From assembly GCA_012511645.1 (NCBI GenBank), contig JAAZFP010000308.1:1-38544 (forward strand): a DNA stretch of 38,544 nt, given 5' to 3'. Shown in pieces: positions 9,603 to 19,474 of the stretch (its first letter is position 1; every line of letters begins with the position of its first letter). Source of the stretch: Microbacteriaceae bacterium. GTDB taxonomy: Bacteria; Actinomycetota; Actinomycetes; Actinomycetales; Microbacteriaceae. Made by a program: the position numbers and the translations under genes. Below the pieces are notes generated by a model, which did no database searches, had not been told where the DNA came from, and saw only the letters and a list, made by a program, of their open reading frames with translations.

Positions 9603-10970
9603 GTGACTCAGCAGAGCGCACCACAACACGTTTCAAGCATCTCCGAGCTTGATCGTTATCGTTCGCTCGTTGCAAAGCAGCAACCCACCTGGGGTGATCC
9701 TGCGGCAGTGCAGGCTGCCTCTGATGACCTTGCGAGTCAACCGCCCCTTGTCTTTGCCGGTGAAGTTGATCGCCTGCGTGAGCGCCTGGCTCAGGCAGCA
9801 CGAGGTGAAGCCTTCTTGCTGCAGGGAGGTGACTGCGCAGAGACCTTTGACGCAGCCACCGCCGACAAGATTCGCGACCGCGTGAAGACGCTGTTGCAGA
9901 TGGCAGTTGTGCTGACCTACGGCGCCTCGATGCCGGTGATCAAAGTCGGCCGCATGGCCGGTCAATTTGCAAAGCCACGCTCGAGCGATACCGAAACCCG
10001 TGATGGTGTGACTCTGCCTGCATACCGGGGGGACCTGGTGAACGGGTACGATTTCACCCCCGAATCACGCGCAACAGACCCCTCGCGCTTGGTGCGCGGG
10101 TACCACGTTTCTGCATCAACCTTGAACCTGATCCGAGCATTCACGCAGGGTGGGTTTGCCGACCTGCGTCAGGTGCACGCTTGGAACCAGGGATTTGTGT
10201 CAAACCCCGCCAACCAGCGCTACGAAGCTCTCGCCTCGGAGATTGATCGCGCGCTTCGTTTCATGGAGGCGTGCGGTGTTGAAAGCTCCGCGCTCAACCA
10301 GACAGAGTTCTACGTCAGTCACGAGGCGCTCCTGCTTGACTACGAGCGGCCTCTGGTGCGCATCGACTCACGCACCGGCGCGCCATACGGTACGTCAGGT
10401 CACATGCTCTGGATCGGCGAACGCACGAGAGATCTCGACGGTGCTCACGTCGAGTTCCTGTCGCACCTGAGGAACCCCATTGGGGTGAAGCTCGGCCCAA
10501 CCGCCACGGTCGATGATGCGCTCCGCCTCATTGACAAACTTGATCCTGAGCGCGAGCCGGGCAGACTTACCTTCATTAGCCGAATGGGTGCTGAGAAGAT
10601 TCGTGACACGCTTCCTCCGTTGCTTGCAGGGGTGCGCGATGCGGGAGCGACACCGCTGTGGGTCACCGACCCGATGCACGGTAATGGCATCACGACGGCG
10701 ACCGGATACAAGACCCGTCGCTTCGATGACGTCATGAATGAGCTGTTGGGCTTTTTTGAGGCACACCGCGAGGTCGGCACGGTTCCGGGCGGCATCCACG
10801 TCGAGCTCACGGGCGACGATGTGACCGAGTGCCTTGGTGGCAGTGAAAACATCGATGAGGCATCGCTTGCGACTCGCTACGAGTCAGTGTGTGATCCTCG
10901 TCTGAACCACATGCAATCGCTTGAGCTAGCGTTCCAGGTAGCGCAAGAACTCAAGAGCCTGGCCCGGTAG
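9603..10970 (+). CDS. aroG: Class II 3-deoxy-7-phosphoheptulonate (DAHP) synthase
   Basis: LQGGDCAE, GRMAGQFAKPRS, WIGERTR, DPMHGN and CDPRLN motifs. Confidence 0.96.
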   Translation: MTQQSAPQHVSSISELDRYRSLVAKQQPTWGDPAAVQAASDDLASQPPLVFAGEVDRLRERLAQAARGEAFLLQGGDCAETFDAATADKIRDRVKTLLQMAVVLTYGASMPVIKVGRMAGQFAKPRSSDTETRDGVTLPAYRGDLVNGYDFTPESRATDPSRLVRGYHVSASTLNLIRAFTQGGFADLRQVHAWNQGFVSNPANQRYEALASEIDRALRFMEACGVESSALNQTEFYVSHEALLLDYERPLVRIDSRTGAPYGTSGHMLWIGERTRDLDGAHVEFLSHLRNPIGVKLGPTATVDDALRLIDKLDPEREPGRLTFISRMGAEKIRDTLPPLLAGVRDAGATPLWVTDPMHGNGITTATGYKTRRFDDVMNELLGFFEAHREVGTVPGGIHVELTGDDVTECLGGSENIDEASLATRYESVCDPRLNHMQSLELAFQVAQELKSLAR

Positions 10971-11013
10971 CTTCTGACGCGGGTGAGTGCGTGCTCGGCC
11001 CGAAGGTGTGAGA

Positions 11014-12927
11014 TTAGATCGAAGCTCTGACTCGTACCTCGGTGCCGGGCTCTACCCGTGTGCCTGCCTGAGGTGTGGTGTCGCGGTCGACTTCTGCTGA
11101 GTCCCAGAGGAGCTCTGGAAGTGCAGTCTGGGGTTGTAATCCAAGCGATTCGAGCTGTTCCATCGCACGTCGAAGGCTCATGCCCCTCACGTCAGGGATC
11201 TCGATGAGTTCTTTGCCGAGCGAGACGTGGAACCCTACGGTGTCACCCTTGCGCACGGCACCATCGGGCAGAATCAGTGAAATGACATGGCCTTCGGCGA
11301 CGCTGTCGCTGTAGTCGCTCGTGTTCAGACCCGTGTCGACGTTGAGACCCAGTGTGCTCAAAATGTTCGTGGCTTGTTCCACCGTGTTGCCCGAAAGATC
11401 TGGCAGTGGTCCAGCAGACAGTACGAGGTCGATCACGCCTTGTTCTGGGTAGGTTTCGGGGAGCTCCGTGCCGTCGGGATCGGTGATGCGCAGCACCGTT
11501 CCCGACTCAGCACTGTCGAAGACTTCTTCTCGTACGGTGCCGACGGTGAATCGCTGGCGCTCGATCTCTTGCTCAGCTTCTTCGAGCGGAAGGCCGACCA
11601 CACTCGGGAGAGGCAGCAGCTCGGGGCCGGTGGACTCACACAGCTGAACTTCGCTTTCTCGCTCGACACGCGAACCCTCACTTGGCTCAGTGCGCACAGC
11701 ACGCCCCGCCTCGATGGTGAGGCTCGAGCACTCGACGACCGTTACTCGCAGCGTTGACTCCTCTAAGAGCCCCGTGGCCTCAGTGATGCTGAGTCCTTCG
11801 ACCGCAGGCACGGTCACGCGCGATCCCGGCCCCTGGCCCCACCACCAGCCACCGAGGCCAGCTGCGCCCAGCAGCACCACGAGCAGGGCAGCGATGAGGA
11901 CCCCTCGCCGCGATCGCCGTTGCGCAACCCGCTGGGCGCGATCGGTTGCAGAGAGCGGGTGCGGGTTCGGCGAACCTGAGTCTGCGCGGGCGAGCACCTC
12001 GCGACTTGCCTCATCGAGCACCGCAGTTGCGGGGGTGATGCCGCCGGTGTCTGGGAGCACCGGAAACACGCGCGTTGCAGCGGCCAAGCCGTCGCGCTGT
12101 ACAGACCATAGGAATTCGAGTGCTTCGCGAGCGTTCGCTGGCCTGGCGTCGGGGTCACGGTGGGTGGTCCATCGCACCAAATGATCGAACGTCTCCGGCA
12201 CATCAACGACCACCGTTGACGGCAGTGGCATGTCGGAGTGAGCGTGTTGGTAGGCGATCTGCATTGGTTGTTCGCCCGTGTACGGCTGCTGGCCGGTGAG
12301 CATCTCGAAGAGCACGATGCCAAAGGCATAGACGTCGCTTCGCGCGTCTGCAACGCCACGCGTCACGAGTTCGGGGGAGAGGTAGGCGATTGTGCCGAGC
12401 AAAGCTTGCCCGGTCGTGGTGTTTGCGCTGACCGCTCGCGCAAGCCCGAAATCACCGATCTTGATTCGGCCGTCGTCGGCCAGCAACACATTTTCTGGCT
12501 TGAGGTCTCGATGCACGATGCCGGCGTCGTGCGCGGCTGCGAGACCTGAGAGGATAGCCTCGGCAATTTCTGTGGCTTGTTCGCTGGTCAACCGCTGATG
12601 CTGCTTGAGGAGTTCCCGGAGCGTGATGCCAGGGAGATATTCCATGACCAGGTACGGAACCCCTGCGGCTTCACCCTGATCGAACACATTGACAATGTTC
12701 GGGTGACCGAGCCCCGCGGCGCTTCGAGCCTCCTGCTCAAACCGTCGCGTGAAATTTTCGTCATCGCTGAGATGTGCGTGCATGATCTTGATGGCCACAC
12801 GACGCCCAAGCCGGAGGTCATCTCCGAGATAGACCATTGCCATGCCGCCGCGTGCAATGCGAGAACGCACCACATATCGATCGTCGAGCGTTTGCCCGAT
12901 GAGCGGATCGACTGGGGCAGAGGTCAC
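11014..12927 (-). CDS. PASTA-domain Ser/Thr protein kinase (PknL/Stk1-like)
   Basis: RGGMA.VY, VAIK, HRDLKPEN and DFGLAR motifs, one TM helix and about 4 PASTA-like repeats. Lies between aroG and the Rv2175c homolog, as pknL does. Confidence 0.93.
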   Translation of the reverse strand: MTSAPVDPLIGQTLDDRYVVRSRIARGGMAMVYLGDDLRLGRRVAIKIMHAHLSDDENFTRRFEQEARSAAGLGHPNIVNVFDQGEAAGVPYLVMEYLPGITLRELLKQHQRLTSEQATEIAEAILSGLAAAHDAGIVHRDLKPENVLLADDGRIKIGDFGLARAVSANTTTGQALLGTIAYLSPELVTRGVADARSDVYAFGIVLFEMLTGQQPYTGEQPMQIAYQHAHSDMPLPSTVVVDVPETFDHLVRWTTHRDPDARPANAREALEFLWSVQRDGLAAATRVFPVLPDTGGITPATAVLDEASREVLARADSGSPNPHPLSATDRAQRVAQRRSRRGVLIAALLVVLLGAAGLGGWWWGQGPGSRVTVPAVEGLSITEATGLLEESTLRVTVVECSSLTIEAGRAVRTEPSEGSRVERESEVQLCESTGPELLPLPSVVGLPLEEAEQEIERQRFTVGTVREEVFDSAESGTVLRITDPDGTELPETYPEQGVIDLVLSAGPLPDLSGNTVEQATNILSTLGLNVDTGLNTSDYSDSVAEGHVISLILPDGAVRKGDTVGFHVSLGKELIEIPDVRGMSLRRAMEQLESLGLQPQTALPELLWDSAEVDRDTTPQAGTRVEPGTEVRVRASI

Positions 12928-13014
12928 CCGGCGATTCTATTCGGCAGAAAACTCCTCAGTGTGGCGGCGCGCCGCCTGGTGCGTGATCCTCGCTCAGTCG
13001 TTTAGGCTGGAAGC

Positions 13015-13356
13015 GTGACTGCCTCCTCAGACATTGCCTATCTGACCATTCCAGATCTCGTTGAACGCTGGAGCACGACTCCGAGCAAACTGCATCGCTT
13101 GATCGAGGATCACTATCTCGCTGCAGTGCGCATCGACGGGGTGCTTCGCATCCCCGCAGAGTTCATCGCTGGCGACGAGCCACTGAACTCGCTGCGTGGC
13201 ACGCTTCTTGCGCTTCATGATGCCGGATTCAGCGAGGAAGAAGCGGTTGCGTGGGTGCTCACCGAAAATAATGAACTGGGTGAGCGTCCGATTGCCGCCC
13301 TGAACGCTGGTCGCAAGAGTGCGGTGCGCAGGGCGACGCAGGGTTTGGCCTTCTAA
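13015..13356 (+). CDS. Rv2175c-family DNA-binding protein
   Basis: LTIPD...LRGTL..LHDAGFSEEEAVAW...PIAAL..GRK..VRR..Q.LAF pattern, adjacent to the PknL-like kinase. Confidence 0.85.
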   Translation: MTASSDIAYLTIPDLVERWSTTPSKLHRLIEDHYLAAVRIDGVLRIPAEFIAGDEPLNSLRGTLLALHDAGFSEEEAVAWVLTENNELGERPIAALNAGRKSAVRRATQGLAF

Positions 13357-13409
13357 CTGTTCGCCGCTCGCGCTGCATGTCAGTCGTGGGCGGGCGCCGC
13401 CACGAGCGC

Positions 13410-14504
13410 TTAGGCCACTCGATTTGTCGCGTGATGAGCGAGCTCGATGAGGCTCGTGCGCACGTCTGGTGTGAGCGGCGCAAAATCGAGTGCTGCTTCA
13501 GCGCGATCGACGTTTCTTCGAATCATTGCTTCGACCTGATCTACCGCGCCGCTGTCGCGGATCGTCTGCTGCAGCATGGTGAGCTGTCCGATTTCCAGAT
13601 CGCGATCTCCGAGCAACTAATCAAACAATCGCTGTTGAGAGGTGGGGAGAGCCCCTCTCGCCAGTGTCGTCAACACCGTCCGTTTGCCCTCGAGGAGATC
13701 ATCTCCAGCCGGCTTGCCGGTCACCGAGGGGTCACCAAACACTCCCAGAAGGTCGTCCCTCAGTTGGAACGCGACTCCGACGGGCAACCCAAACTCGCTG
13801 AGCGCTTGCTCTTGTTCATCTGAGGCTGCCGCGAGCGCGCCGCCAATGAGCAGGGGAGCCTCGACGCTGTACTTCGCCGATTTGTAGACGAGCACCCTAG
13901 TGGATCGCTCGAGTTGCACGGACTCCTCAGCAAACCCTGGCTGTTGTTCCTCAACGACATCGAGGTATTGGCCGATTGCCACCTCGCTGCGCATTCGGTT
14001 GAAATGGTTTCGGGCGGAGCGTGGGGCGTCAAGTGTGATGGTTGCACGCTCGAAGAGTTCATCTGCCCAAGACTGCAGGAGATCTCCGAGCAGAATCGCT
14101 GTTGAAATGCCAAAGTGCCGGGCTTCCCCGCGCCACCCATGATCGCGATGATGCCTGGCAAACAGGTGATGCGCGGCCGCCCGCCCTCTGCGGGTGTCTG
14201 AGCGATCAATGATGTCGTCATGGATGAGTGCTGCGGCATGAAACATCTCGAGCGCGCACGCTGCATCAAGCACTGCGGCGACGCGTGACGAGGGGGGTGC
14301 GGTCAGATCGAGCGGTTGTACCGCCTGAAAGCCCATCACTGCAAAGCGAGCTCTGAGCCGTTTTCCACCCGTCAGAAATGCGCGGCATTCATCAAAGATG
14401 GGGGTCGCGTCGGGACCGCGTGCGTCAAGTGAGGCCTCGTGGCGAGAGATCTCGTCGTCGAGACGCTCCTGTATAAGTCCTGCGAGTCGTGTGGTTTCTT
14501 GCAC
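13410..14504 (-). pseudogene. Polyprenyl diphosphate synthase (IdsA2/GGPP synthase-like) interrupted by an in-frame TAG at 13617-13619
   Basis: GGKRLR, FARM HDDIID..D.RRG, KSAKY, FQLRDD and GDDLLEGKRT motifs. The frame continues past TAG for 68 plausible residues (364 aa in total). May be a sequence error rather than a true pseudogene. Confidence 0.85.
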
Positions 14505-14574
14505 GTGGCTAGCCTAGCTGCGCTAGGGCGAAGTAGACTGGTTGAACCCGGTTTTCAGTGGTGGGAGGCCAACA

Positions 14575-14949
14575 ATGGGGCTGTCAGAGCGCGAACAGCA
14601 GTTGCTCGATGATATGGAGCGACGGCTGTACCAGAGCGAAGCCGATGTGTTGAAGGCATCTGGTTCGCCTGCGAAGCTCAACATGCGCTCGCTCGTTCTG
14701 GGCATTCTGGTGATTCTCGCAGGAATTGGCGTGCTGCTTGCTGGCGTCGGTCTGCAGATGCTGTGGCTTGGGCTCATTGGCTTTGCGATGATGCTTGGTG
14801 GCACGTTGCTGGCGTTCTCGAAGCGCGAGGAGCACATCGAGGACACGCCGTTTTCGCGCTCATCACAGCACCAGGCGACAGCAGATCGTGAGACGCTGAC
14901 TGACCGTATGAACCGGCGCTGGGACGAGCGAATGGGTGGAGACCGGTAG
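14575..14949 (+). CDS. DUF3040 small membrane protein
   Basis: MGLSEREQQLLDDMER.L N-terminus, two TM helices and a DRMNRRWDER C-terminus. SD GGGAGG. Conserved position upstream of mraZ. Confidence 0.85.
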   Translation: MGLSEREQQLLDDMERRLYQSEADVLKASGSPAKLNMRSLVLGILVILAGIGVLLAGVGLQMLWLGLIGFAMMLGGTLLAFSKREEHIEDTPFSRSSQHQATADRETLTDRMNRRWDERMGGDR

Positions 14950-15386
14950 TCTCGTCCCCGCAAGACACTCATGATGTGGGGGTCCCACACGAAGCGCACT
15001 TCGTGTGTTGCTTTCGCCGGTGTGCGCTGACGGTTTCACCGTCATTCTCTGGGGACGACTCGAGGGTCAGGCGGCTTCTGGCGACTTCCCGCGCGACAAG
15101 TGCGGTGTTTCTGCGCGCCTCGTGACGGGACGCGTGCTTTGCGCACGCCGCCCGCCATGGTGTTGTGGCGCGCATCTGATGTGCTGATGCCGAGACCTCC
15201 CTTCGTCTGAACTGTCGTGGTGGTCGGTGCTGTTCGACCGAGGTGGCGCGGGTGCGAACACTCACCTGAATCGCGTTCGCCTGTTGGTGCGCTGCGGCGG
15301 CCCACCCGGCGCGTCGTCCTTGTGCTCGAGTGCTCATTTTGGCGACCGGTCGCGGCGGGGATCAGAGTGGAGCGATTTGTGGTGAA

Positions 15387-15425
15387 AAAGTGAGCAAAGT
15401 GGAGCGAAGTGGGGTAAAGTGGTGA
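15387..15425 (+). promoter_or_regulatory. MraZ operator: direct repeats (A/G)AAGTGG with 10-nt period
   Basis: AAAGTGGAGC/GAAGTGGGGT/AAAGTGGTGA at 15396, 15406 and 15416, plus degenerate copies upstream, about 60 nt before mraZ. Confidence 0.8.
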
Positions 15426-15485
15426 GTGTTGGTACGCTTTGGAGTTCTGAGGCGGAAGCACTGATCCGCAGAAGGGAGTGGCCCA

Positions 15486-15917
15486 ATGTTCCTCGGCACG
15501 TTCACTCCCAAGCTCGACGAAAAGGGCCGACTGATCCTCCCTTCGAAGTTCCGAGACGCGCTTGCAGACGGTGTCGTGATTACTCGTGGGCAGGAGCGAT
15601 GCCTCTACGTCTTCAGTGAGCAGGAATTCGCGCAGATGCATGAGCGAATTCGAGAAGCACCGATTACTTCGAAACAGGGGCGTGATTACCTGCGTGTCTT
15701 TCTTTCTGGTGCTCATGCTGAAACTCCCGATAAGCAGGGCCGGGTGACCGTTCCTGCGGCGCTGCGAACCTACGCGGGCCTCGGAAGGGATCTCGCCGTG
15801 ATCGGTGCTGGGAGCCGGGCGGAAATCTGGGATGCGGATGCGTGGCAGCGCTACCTCAACGAACAGGAAAGCGCGTTTGCAGATATTGAAGAGGAGGTGA
15901 TTCCGGGAATGTTTTGA
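15486..15917 (+). CDS. mraZ: Transcriptional regulator MraZ
   Basis: [21 protein letters not shown] and EIWD motifs; 143 aa. Confidence 0.97.
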   Translation: MFLGTFTPKLDEKGRLILPSKFRDALADGVVITRGQERCLYVFSEQEFAQMHERIREAPITSKQGRDYLRVFLSGAHAETPDKQGRVTVPAALRTYAGLGRDLAVIGAGSRAEIWDADAWQRYLNEQESAFADIEEEVIPGMF

Positions 15918-15918
15918 T

Positions 15919-16000
15919 CCGGGTTTCGCGGTTTCTCGTCTACCGCCCTGGCGCACCTTCCCCGGTGCCAGGTGGGCCGACGGGGAACCGGGAGGCCCGG
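15919..16000 (+). ncRNA. mraW-type cis-regulatory RNA hairpin
   Basis: Nested stems CCGGGTTTC/GAGGCCCGG, GGTTTCTCGTC/GACGGGGAACC and CCTGGCGC/GTGCCAGG (with G-U pairs). The terminal loop contains CTTCCCC and the element lies directly 5' of rsmH (mraW). Confidence 0.75.
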
Positions 16001-16014
16001 TGGCCCGGTGCACG

Positions 16015-16992
16015 ATGAACCTTCACTCAGAATCACTTCTTCCCGGCGAACGGCACACGCCTGTGCTGCTCGACCGGTGCCTCGAACTGCTCGCGCCCGT
16101 CGCGCAGCGCACAGACGCCGTCATCGTTGATGCGACCCTGGGCATGGGTGGCCACACCGAAGCGATGCTCGCAGCGCATCCCGGTCTCACCGTGATCGGA
16201 CTCGACCGTGACACGCAGGCGCAGGCGCTTGCCGGTCAGCGGCTCGCCGCGTTTGGTGGCCGGTTTCGTGGCGTACACGCCGTCTACTCAGAGATTGCTG
16301 ACGTGGTGCGTGGCCTCGGCTATCAGGCGATCGATGGGGTGCTGTTCGATCTTGGGGTGTCCTCACTGCAGCTTGATGAGGCCGCGCGTGGTTTCGCGTA
16401 TGCCGTTGCCGCGCCACTTGACATGCGCATGGATCAGCGCAGCGGTCAGACCGCAGCTGAGGTACTTGCACACGCAAGCGAAGGCCAACTGCGGGCGATC
16501 TTTGAGCGATACGGCGAAGAGCCACTTGCTGGTCGCTATGCTCGGGCAATCGTCGCGGCACGAGCAGAGACGCCGCTCGTCAGCACGGCTCAACTCGTCG
16601 ATGTGCTGCAACATGCCACTCCCGCTGCAGTGAAGCATCAGCGTCACCCAGCGAAGCGCGTATTTCAGGCGCTTCGCATCGAGGTGAACGGTGAACTCCG
16701 TGCGCTCGAATCAGCACTACCGGCCGCACTCGACCTGCTCAATCTTGGCGGGCGAGCAGTGGTGATGTCCTACCAGTCTCTCGAGGATCGCTTCGTGAAA
16801 CGACTGTTTGCGACACGCACCACTTCGACCGCACCCGCTGGCCTACCGATTGAGCTTCCCGAGCACCGGGCAGAGTTTTCGCTGCTCACTCGCGGCGCCG
16901 AGCGGGCAAGCCAGGAAGAACAAGACCGAAACACCCGTTCGATTCCGGTTCGCCTGCGAGCGGTTGAGCGGAAGAGAGAGGCCACCGCATGA
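16015..16992 (+). CDS. rsmH: 16S rRNA m4C1402 methyltransferase
   Basis: HTPVLL, DATLGMGGH, DLGVSSLQLD, FQALRIEVN and SLEDR motifs. Confidence 0.96.
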   Translation: MNLHSESLLPGERHTPVLLDRCLELLAPVAQRTDAVIVDATLGMGGHTEAMLAAHPGLTVIGLDRDTQAQALAGQRLAAFGGRFRGVHAVYSEIADVVRGLGYQAIDGVLFDLGVSSLQLDEAARGFAYAVAAPLDMRMDQRSGQTAAEVLAHASEGQLRAIFERYGEEPLAGRYARAIVAARAETPLVSTAQLVDVLQHATPAAVKHQRHPAKRVFQALRIEVNGELRALESALPAALDLLNLGGRAVVMSYQSLEDRFVKRLFATRTTSTAPAGLPIELPEHRAEFSLLTRGAERASQEEQDRNTRSIPVRLRAVERKREATA

Positions 16993-17603
16993 GCGCAGAG
17001 ACCATTCCGCTCGACCGTGAAGCAATGCGTGCGGTGCTCGGTGCTCCGGCGCATACGGCACCAGAGGAGACCCACGCCGGGCGCCCGTCTCTCCACCTCG
17101 CGCCCGCACCATCATTTTCAGTCCGGAAGAAGAAGCTCACTCCGATTGCCGGGGCATTGGCAGCCGTTGGCATCATCCTCGTCACACTGATTGTGCAGCT
17201 CGGACTGAGCATCGCTGTATCTGAGGGGGCATACGAAGCGAGAGCGCTTCAGGTTGAACTCCGAGACTTGACCCGGGTGGAGCGCGTGCTCACACAGAAC
17301 GCCGCGAAGCTGTCATCGCCGCAGAACCTTGCGCAGAACGCAGTCAGCCTTGGCATGGTGCAGAACCTGACACCGGCGACCCTTCGCTTAAGCGACGGGG
17401 CAGTGCTTGGTGCGATTGCCGGTCCCGTGTCCACAGCCCAGGGGAGCCTGATCGCGAATGCCACCCTCGATGGTTTGCCAATCGTCGATGCGAACGGCCT
17501 CTTAGCCGAACGGAATCCGGAACAGGCCGCTGAGGTTGCGAGCGCTGCGGCTCAGACGCCGATACCGTGGGAAGGCCCACTCCCGGCACCGGTGACTCAC
17601 TAA
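16989..17603 (+). CDS. ftsL: FtsL-like bitopic cell division protein
   Basis: One TM helix followed by a coiled coil and LSSPQNLA..A..LGMV. Sits between rsmH and ftsI with an ATGA overlap. Confidence 0.7.
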   Translation: MSAETIPLDREAMRAVLGAPAHTAPEETHAGRPSLHLAPAPSFSVRKKKLTPIAGALAAVGIILVTLIVQLGLSIAVSEGAYEARALQVELRDLTRVERVLTQNAAKLSSPQNLAQNAVSLGMVQNLTPATLRLSDGAVLGAIAGPVSTAQGSLIANATLDGLPIVDANGLLAERNPEQAAEVASAAAQTPIPWEGPLPAPVTH

Positions 17604-17635
17604 AGCGTCGATTACACCCCTGAAGGAGCAGCTCA

Positions 17636-19429
17636 ATGCCTCGACTGCGACCTCTCGTGGCGCGACGCGTCATTGCACTGGTCTTGGTACTGATCGGCGC
17701 AGTGGTGTTCACGATTCGATTGGTCGATGTGCAAATCGTTTCTGCGGCCCAGCACAATGAGGACGCGCTTGATAAGCGGGGAGTGCCAGTTGCCGTGCCG
17801 AGCGTGCGGGGCGACATTGTCGATCGCAACGGCGTGGTGCTTGCGACTACTGATGAACGGTATGACGCACAACTCTCACCAAAGAATGTGCGACTCAACG
17901 GTGGCAAGTTCTGGCGTGTGGTCGAAGACGGCGGCATTGGAACGGTTCAGGTCAGCGCAGAAGAAGCGTTCGCTGAGATCGGTTCCATCACCGGGCAGTC
18001 CGCAGAAGAGATCGGCGCCATTGTTGATGACGCACTCGCAGCAGACCCAAAGTCAGACTTTGCCTATGTGAAACGCGGTATTGATCTGACGACCCTGAAC
18101 GCACTCAAAGAACTCGATATCCCGTGGATGACCTTTGATACGAACCCGCAACGGGTCTACCCGAACGGTGCGGTCGCCGGCAGTATCGTCGGTTTTGTCG
18201 GGTCAGATGGTGCACCGCAGGCTGGGATCGAGTTTTCTCAGAATGAGTGTCTTGTCGGTATCGACGGTAGTGAAACCTATGAGATGGGTGCCGATGGGGT
18301 GCGCTTGCCTGGCAGCGTGGTTGTCGCGCAAGAAGTAGAAAACGGTGGCACTGTACAGCTCACTCTTGACGTTGATTTGCAGTTTGAAGCGCAGCAGGTG
18401 CTCGACGCGCAAGTTGCAAAGAGCGCCGCAGAGTGGGGCCTCTTAACCATCATGGATGCCAAGACCGGCGAGCTTCTGGCGGTAGCCGAAGACCGTTCCG
18501 TTGATCCAAACGATGTGAGCGCCTCAACTGCCGAGCGCAGAGAAGCACGTTCGTTCACTTGGCCCTACGAACCCGGGTCAACCTCCAAGATTCTCACCGC
18601 AGCGATGCTCGTGGATCAGGGGGCAGCTGATGCCTACACGCAGTACTACACGACATACTCCGCGACGCCAGAGCCCGGCGTCGTCTACAGCGACGCGTTT
18701 GTGCATGACCCCATGCCCTGGACGCTCAATGGCATTCTGGTGGAATCTTCAAACGTTGGTATCACGGGTATCGGTGCTCGGCTCAGTGAGCAGACCCGAC
18801 ACGACTACCTCGCGAAGTTCGGATTTGGTGAGCCAACGCAGGCAGGGATGCCTCTCGAGAGCGCGGGACTGCTGCTCGATGTGCAGGACTGGGATCGGCA
18901 AACGAGCTACAACACCATGTTTGGCCAGGGTTTCTCAACCACCATTATTCAAACTGCAAGCAGTTATCAGGCAATCGCAAACGGGGGCGTTCGAATCGAA
19001 CCCTCACTCGTGAAAAGCTGTACTGATTCGCGCGGAGAGGTGCACACCGCGGAAGAGGCCCAAGAAACCCGAGTGGTCTCGGCTGATGCTGCCCAGCAGA
19101 CGATCGCAATGATGGAGAACGTCGCGAATCAAGCCTGGATCTCGGAACAAGCCGCAGTCGCGGGCTACCGCGTCGGCGGCAAGACAGGCACCGCCGAGCA
19201 GGGTGATGGTCAGGGCGGGTATCGCAAGGACTTTGTGTATACCTTCGCGGGAGTGTTCCCGATCGATGATCCTCAGTATGTGGCAGTCGCAACCATCGCC
19301 TACCCGAAGGCGCAGCACGGCTCAGTGGCTGCGACTGAGGCATGGAATGCTGCGACCAAGGCAACCATTCGCCACGCACATTTGCCTCCGTCGACTGGCG
19401 AATATGTGCCACTGCCGGTGACCTATTAA
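17636..19429 (+). CDS. ftsI: Class B penicillin-binding protein FtsI
   Basis: N-terminal TM, RGDIVDRNG, SxxK (EPGSTSK), SSN and KTGT motifs. Confidence 0.93.
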   Translation: MPRLRPLVARRVIALVLVLIGAVVFTIRLVDVQIVSAAQHNEDALDKRGVPVAVPSVRGDIVDRNGVVLATTDERYDAQLSPKNVRLNGGKFWRVVEDGGIGTVQVSAEEAFAEIGSITGQSAEEIGAIVDDALAADPKSDFAYVKRGIDLTTLNALKELDIPWMTFDTNPQRVYPNGAVAGSIVGFVGSDGAPQAGIEFSQNECLVGIDGSETYEMGADGVRLPGSVVVAQEVENGGTVQLTLDVDLQFEAQQVLDAQVAKSAAEWGLLTIMDAKTGELLAVAEDRSVDPNDVSASTAERREARSFTWPYEPGSTSKILTAAMLVDQGAADAYTQYYTTYSATPEPGVVYSDAFVHDPMPWTLNGILVESSNVGITGIGARLSEQTRHDYLAKFGFGEPTQAGMPLESAGLLLDVQDWDRQTSYNTMFGQGFSTTIIQTASSYQAIANGGVRIEPSLVKSCTDSRGEVHTAEEAQETRVVSADAAQQTIAMMENVANQAWISEQAAVAGYRVGGKTGTAEQGDGQGGYRKDFVYTFAGVFPIDDPQYVAVATIAYPKAQHGSVAATEAWNAATKATIRHAHLPPSTGEYVPLPVTY

Positions 19430-19474
19430 CGTGTGCTCCGGCCACGTCGGTCTCGTCGTGGGTAGGATCATGAG

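Noticed and set aside
15367-15425. Short periodic repeats as a CRISPR or iteron array
   Set aside because: 10-nt period without spacers, no cas or rep gene; explained as MraZ boxes.
15042-16013. 323-aa minus-strand ORF across mraZ and its upstream spacer
   Set aside because: Overlaps mraZ, the operator and the RNA hairpin; low-complexity Arg/Pro/Ser/Thr-rich translation.
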